From: Macrostomum lignano
Taxonomy: Eukaryota
NCBI GenBank assembly: GCA_002269645.1
Contig: NIVC01002791.1
Coordinates: 76,080 to 140,079, forward strand
Direction of reading: 5' to 3'
DNA length: 64,000 nt
Position numbers and translations under genes: made by a program. The notes beneath the pieces are model-generated. The model did not search any database. It saw nothing but the letters and a program-made list of their open reading frames with translations, and was not told where the DNA came from. This document shows, in pieces, positions 60,211 to 64,000 of this stretch; the stretch's first letter is position 1; each line of letters starts with the position of its first letter.

Positions 60211-63200
60211 CATGCTTGGGCGCAACCTATGGATTCACCCGGCCGTTTCTATTGGCAACACACACGTAAGTCGCTATTGGACGGAATAGTAGTCACGTGA
60301 CTGCTCTCAGCCAATAGCGAATTACGTGTGTGTTGCCAATAGAAACGGCCGGGTGAATCCCAAGGTTATGCATGTATGTGTCTGTCTATCAATCTATCTG
60401 TCTGTCTGTCTGTCTTAATGTTTGTCTGTCTGTCTGTCTATCTATCTATTTAATTTTTCACTGTGTCCTTGTTAGCTTGTTAGCCTGTTCCATACGAACA
60501 ACAGATACATGCAAAGCGCAGAAGAATGGAAAACTCAACGAAATTCAATGGGCACCGAAAACTCACCCACTTATTGTCGCCTGGGTTCCTCTTGATGTGC
60601 ACCAGCTCCAGCTGGCACGGCACAACAGCCAGAGGATCTTTAAAGCCGGTAACGTACTTTTCACAGGTTGTGTTCAACTTTAGACTCTGCGAAAAGAGAT
60701 TTTATATTTTGCAATGACAGGAAGATCAGGATGTTAGAGTTATAGTACTGTGGAGCTTATAGAGATTTCAGCACTTATTACGGAACTCAGAGAAAGGGAT
60801 CACAGCAAACTCAGAGGAGAGGATCTCAGCAACTCAGAGAAGGGGATCTCAGCAACTCAGAGAAGGGGATCTCAGCAACTCGGAGAAGGGGATCTCAGCA
60901 ACTCGGAGGAGAGGATCTCAGCAACTCAGAGAAGGGGATCTCAGCAACTCAGGGAAGGGGGATCTCAGCAACTCAGAGGAGAGGATCTCAGCAACTCAGA
61001 GAAGGGGATCACAGCAACTCAGAGAAGGGGATCTCAGCAACTCGGAGAACGGGATCTCAGCAACTCAGCGAAGGGGATCACAGCAAACTCAGAGGAGAGG
61101 ATCTCAGCAACTCAGAGAAGGGGATCACAGCAAACTCAGAGGAGAGGATCTCAGCAACTCAGAGAAGGGGATCTCAGCAACTCAGGGAAGGGGGATCTCA
61201 GCAACTCAGAGAAGGGGATCTCAGCAACTCGGAGAACGGGATCTCAGCAACTCAGCGAAGGGGATCACAGCAAACTCAGAGGAGAGGATCTCAGCAACTC
61301 AGAGAAGGGGATCACAGCAAACACAGAGGAGAGGATCTCAGCAACTCAGAGAAGGGGATCTCAGCAACTCAGGGAAGGGGGATCTCAGCAACTCAGAGAA
61401 GGGGATCTCAGCAACTCAGGGAAGGGGGATCTCAGCAACTCAGAGAAGGGGATCTCAGCAACTCATAGAAGGGAATCTCAGCAACTCATAGAAGGGGATC
61501 TCAGCAACTCATAGAAGGGAATCTCAGCAACTCGGAGAAGGGAATCTCAGCAACTCATAGAAGGGAATCTCAGCAACTCATAGAAGGGGATCTCAGCAAC
61601 TCGGAGAAGGGGATCTCAGCAACTCATAGAAGGGGATCTCAGCAACACATATAAGGGAATCTCAGCAACTCATATAAGGAAATCTCAGCAACTCATAGAA
61701 GGGAATCTCAGCAACTCAGAGAAGGGAATCTCAGCAACTCATAGAAGGGAATCTCAGCAACTCATAGAAGGGGATCTCAGCAACTCATAGAAGGGAATCT
61801 CAGCAACTCGGAGAAGGGAATCTCAGCAACTCATAGAAGGGAATCTCAGCAACTCATAGAAGGGGATCTCAGCAACTCGGAGAAGGGGATCTCAGCAACT
61901 CATAGAAGGGGATCTCAGCAACACATATAAGGGAATCTCAGCAACTCATATAAGGGAATCTCAGCAACTCACAGAAGGGAATCTCAGCAACTCATAGAAG
62001 GGAATCTCAGCAACTCATAGAAGGGAATCTCAGCAACATATAGAAGGGAATCTCAGCAACTCGGAGAAGGGAATCTCAGCAACTCATAGAAGGGATCTCA
62101 GCAACTCATAGAAGGGGATCTCAGCAACTCGGAGAAGGGGATCTCAGCAACTCGGAGAAGGGGATCTCAGCAACTCGGAGAAGGGGATCTCAGCAACTCA
62201 GAGAATGGGATATTCGGAAGCTTTGACCCAGAATGGGGATCCCCAGAACAGGATCTAAATAAATTCAAGCACAGAATCTTACCTGCTCTTTAATGTCCTG
62301 CAACGCTTTGCCCTGATGCGAATCAGAATAATTAGGAAAAGCTGACACAATATTCCCAATAGACTGTTGTATGCTGTGCAGCAGTCTCACAGTCTCAGTA
62401 TCCAATGAACTATAGAATGGCACCCTGCATAGCCAAGAGACGGCCTCTTTAGCAGCTTCGACCAGCTCAACTAGGGCGGTGAAAAAGTCCAACTGGTAGC
62501 GACCTTTGTCGTGCTCGTAGAGAGCCCGCTCCATGGGGTTTGAGTCTATCTGGTTGATCAGCGTGATGTATGCCTATGGGATGGATCAGATTGAGGCGAA
62601 GGTATTAAGAGGAATAGTAAGTCTATATTAAATGTTAAAGTCGATTTTTTAACATACCTGAATACTTTGCACTAGACAGTTGGCAGCCACGGAGAGCTGA
62701 TAAATGTGCAGCTGGAGAGTGTCAGCTTCCATGTAGGATGAGTTCTGAAATCAAATGGGTGTGAATGATTTACTGACTTTCAAATTTAATCTTAATTTGA
62801 AGTTTGAGATTGAGTTTTGGGGGGGGTTGATGTTTGAGATTGAGGGGGGGGGTTGCAGTTTGAGATTGAGGGGGGGTTGAAGTTTGAGATTGAGGGGGGT
62901 TGAAGTTTGAGATTGATGGGGGTTGAAGTTTGAGATTGAGTTTTGGGGGGGGTTGAAGTTTGAAATTTGAGTTTTGGGTTGAAGTTTGAAATTTGAGTTT
63001 TGGGGGGTTGAAGTTTGAGATTGAGTTTTGGGGTGGGTTGAAGTTTGAGATTGAGGGGGGGGGTTGAAGTTTGAGATTGAGTTTTGGGGGGGGTTGACGT
63101 TTGAGATTGAGTTTTGGTTTGACGTTTGAGATTGAGTTTGGGGGATTGAAGTTTGAGATTGAGGGGGGTTGAAGTTTGAGATTGATGGGGTTGAAGTTTG

Positions 63201-63654
63201 AGATTGAGTTTTGGGGGGTGAAGTTTGAGATTGAGTTGGGGGTGAAGTTTGAGATTGAGTTTGGGGGGTGAAGCTTGAGAATGAGGGGGGTTGAAGCTTG
63301 AGATTGAGGGGGTTGAAGTTTGAGATTGAGTTTGGGGGGTTGAAGTTTGAGATTGAGTTTGGGGAGGGGGGTTGAAGTTTGATATTGAGTTTGGGGGTTT
63401 GAAGTTTGAGATTCAATTTGAGAGCTTTTTGATACTATGATATCCAATATTTTTATATCTGATTTAAGTACGACAATGCAAGTTCATTACCAGTCGTTTA
63501 ACAGAGTCCACAGCCTCTAGTAAGATGGCCTGAGGCCCAACCTTGTCAATGCCAAGTTGCACCAGGTCATCGTGGGTCATATTTAATAGTTGATCACCAG
63601 TAATGCCATGCTCAATAAATACGTGCATATACTCTGCAAAGCTAGGATCCAAGT
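53707..63654 (-). CDS. CNK: Connector enhancer of KSR (CNK/CNKSR) scaffold, 5'-partial. Exons: 63491-63654, 62658-62744, 62283-62573, 60567-60677, 57870-58320, 55785-56185, 54216-54940 (1-nt frameshift), 53707-53886
   Basis: SAM (ITGDQLLNMTHDDLVQLGI), CRIC (DFFTALVELVEAAKEAVSWLCRVPF), PDZ (DPLAVVPCQLELVHI...W|GITL...KGDEVLAV) and PH (CRGWLLMKK...KWTRHYCVLKNNAFYYY...AEGLINM...KWVNCL) in CNK order. Junctions are GT-AG and phase-consistent. Confidence 0.9.
53925..54170. repeat. GACTGGGGATCTGG-core minisatellite in the last CNK intron
   Basis: Direct reading. Confidence 0.88.
55040..55740. repeat. 20-21-bp minisatellite (GTGTCAGGAGAATCTGACGGT)n, CNK intron
   Basis: Direct reading. Confidence 0.95.
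56233..56635. repeat. 23-bp minisatellite (CCAGATGGACATTGTCTATCAGA)n, CNK intron
   Basis: Direct reading. Confidence 0.95.
57340..57830. repeat. 28-bp minisatellite (GGCTGGCCCAGCAACTGAGGATCTGGGA)n, CNK intron
   Basis: About 16 copies. Confidence 0.95.
58350..59000. repeat. ~19-bp minisatellite (GGGATCTGGGATCGATTTG)n, CNK intron
   Basis: Direct reading. Confidence 0.93.
59596..60210. repeat. (GTCT)n microsatellite, resuming at 60375-60450
   Basis: Direct reading. Confidence 0.97.
60224..60367. mobile_element. Palindromic MITE-like element within the (GTCT)n tract
   Basis: Arms of about 57 bp: AACCTATGGATTCACCCGGCCGTTTCTATTGGCAACACACACGTAAGTCGCTATTGG and CCAATAGCGAATTACGTGTGTGTTGCCAATAGAAACGGCCGGGTGAATCCCAAGGTT. 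Confidence 0.78.
60765..62210. repeat. 23-bp minisatellite (GGGGATCTCAGCAACTCAGAGAA)n, CNK intron
   Basis: About 60 copies. Confidence 0.96.
62800..63420. repeat. G-rich minisatellite (GGGGGTTGAAGTTTGAGATTGA)n, CNK intron
   Basis: Direct reading. Confidence 0.95.
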
Positions 63655-64000
63655 CTACAAAAAGAAAGTAAGTGAAGTAACATAATCACTAAGTTACTCA
63701 TAGATTAGTTTACTAGAATATCAAATAAATGTAAACAAATAAGCTGTTTATAAGTGTTCATCTAAAAGTTATGGGTTAGAAGATACCATAGTCTAGGTGG
63801 CTCTAATGCAAGACAATTCTGGCATATTTTTGCCCTAGCTTATCTTCATGTCTTGACATACATAGTTAGTGTACAAAAATAGCATAGTTCAGGCTTTATA
63901 TATATAGTATAGTTGAATAAGAAAGCTCGTTAAAAAATAAATTTTAAAATTGAAAATAACAATAAATGTTATTAGGGAAACAAAAGTGAAACAAAGAATA

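Noticed and set aside
56190-63447. Repetitive ORFs at 56190-56734, 57145-57778, 58299-58853, 59320-60300, 60750-61514 and 62751-63447
   Set aside because: Intronic tandem repeats of CNK.

Overview
Eukaryotic (animal) genomic DNA: GC-rich spliced exons in AT-rich, minisatellite-filled introns, plus TTAGGG repeats. The style resembles the flatworm Macrostomum, but that is inference only. Three multi-exon genes were reconstructed on the minus strand with phase-consistent GT-AG junctions: coronin-7 (30541-36032, 8 exons), MFSD12-like transporter (40887-51856, 3 exons) and CNK/CNKSR scaffold (53707->63654; SAM-CRIC-PDZ-PH, 5' end not located). The left 27 kb is accessory. It holds a near-intact Crypton-type tyrosine-recombinase transposon with inverted ends, three mosaic BIR-domain IAP paralogues (one with RING, one lacking a Zn ligand), two head-to-tail non-autonomous Helitrons that each grew a 23-bp satellite from the same seed, an RTE-like LINE with TSD, SINEs, a possible Penelope remnant and an orphan canonical histone 3' stem-loop. 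MFSD12 intron 1 contains a LINE inside a Gypsy element inside a minisatellite. Most long ORF-track entries are artefacts of tandem repeats or antisense frames. No CRISPR array, rRNA or convincing tRNA gene was seen. All identifications come from manual motif reading; no searches were run, and copy numbers are estimates.
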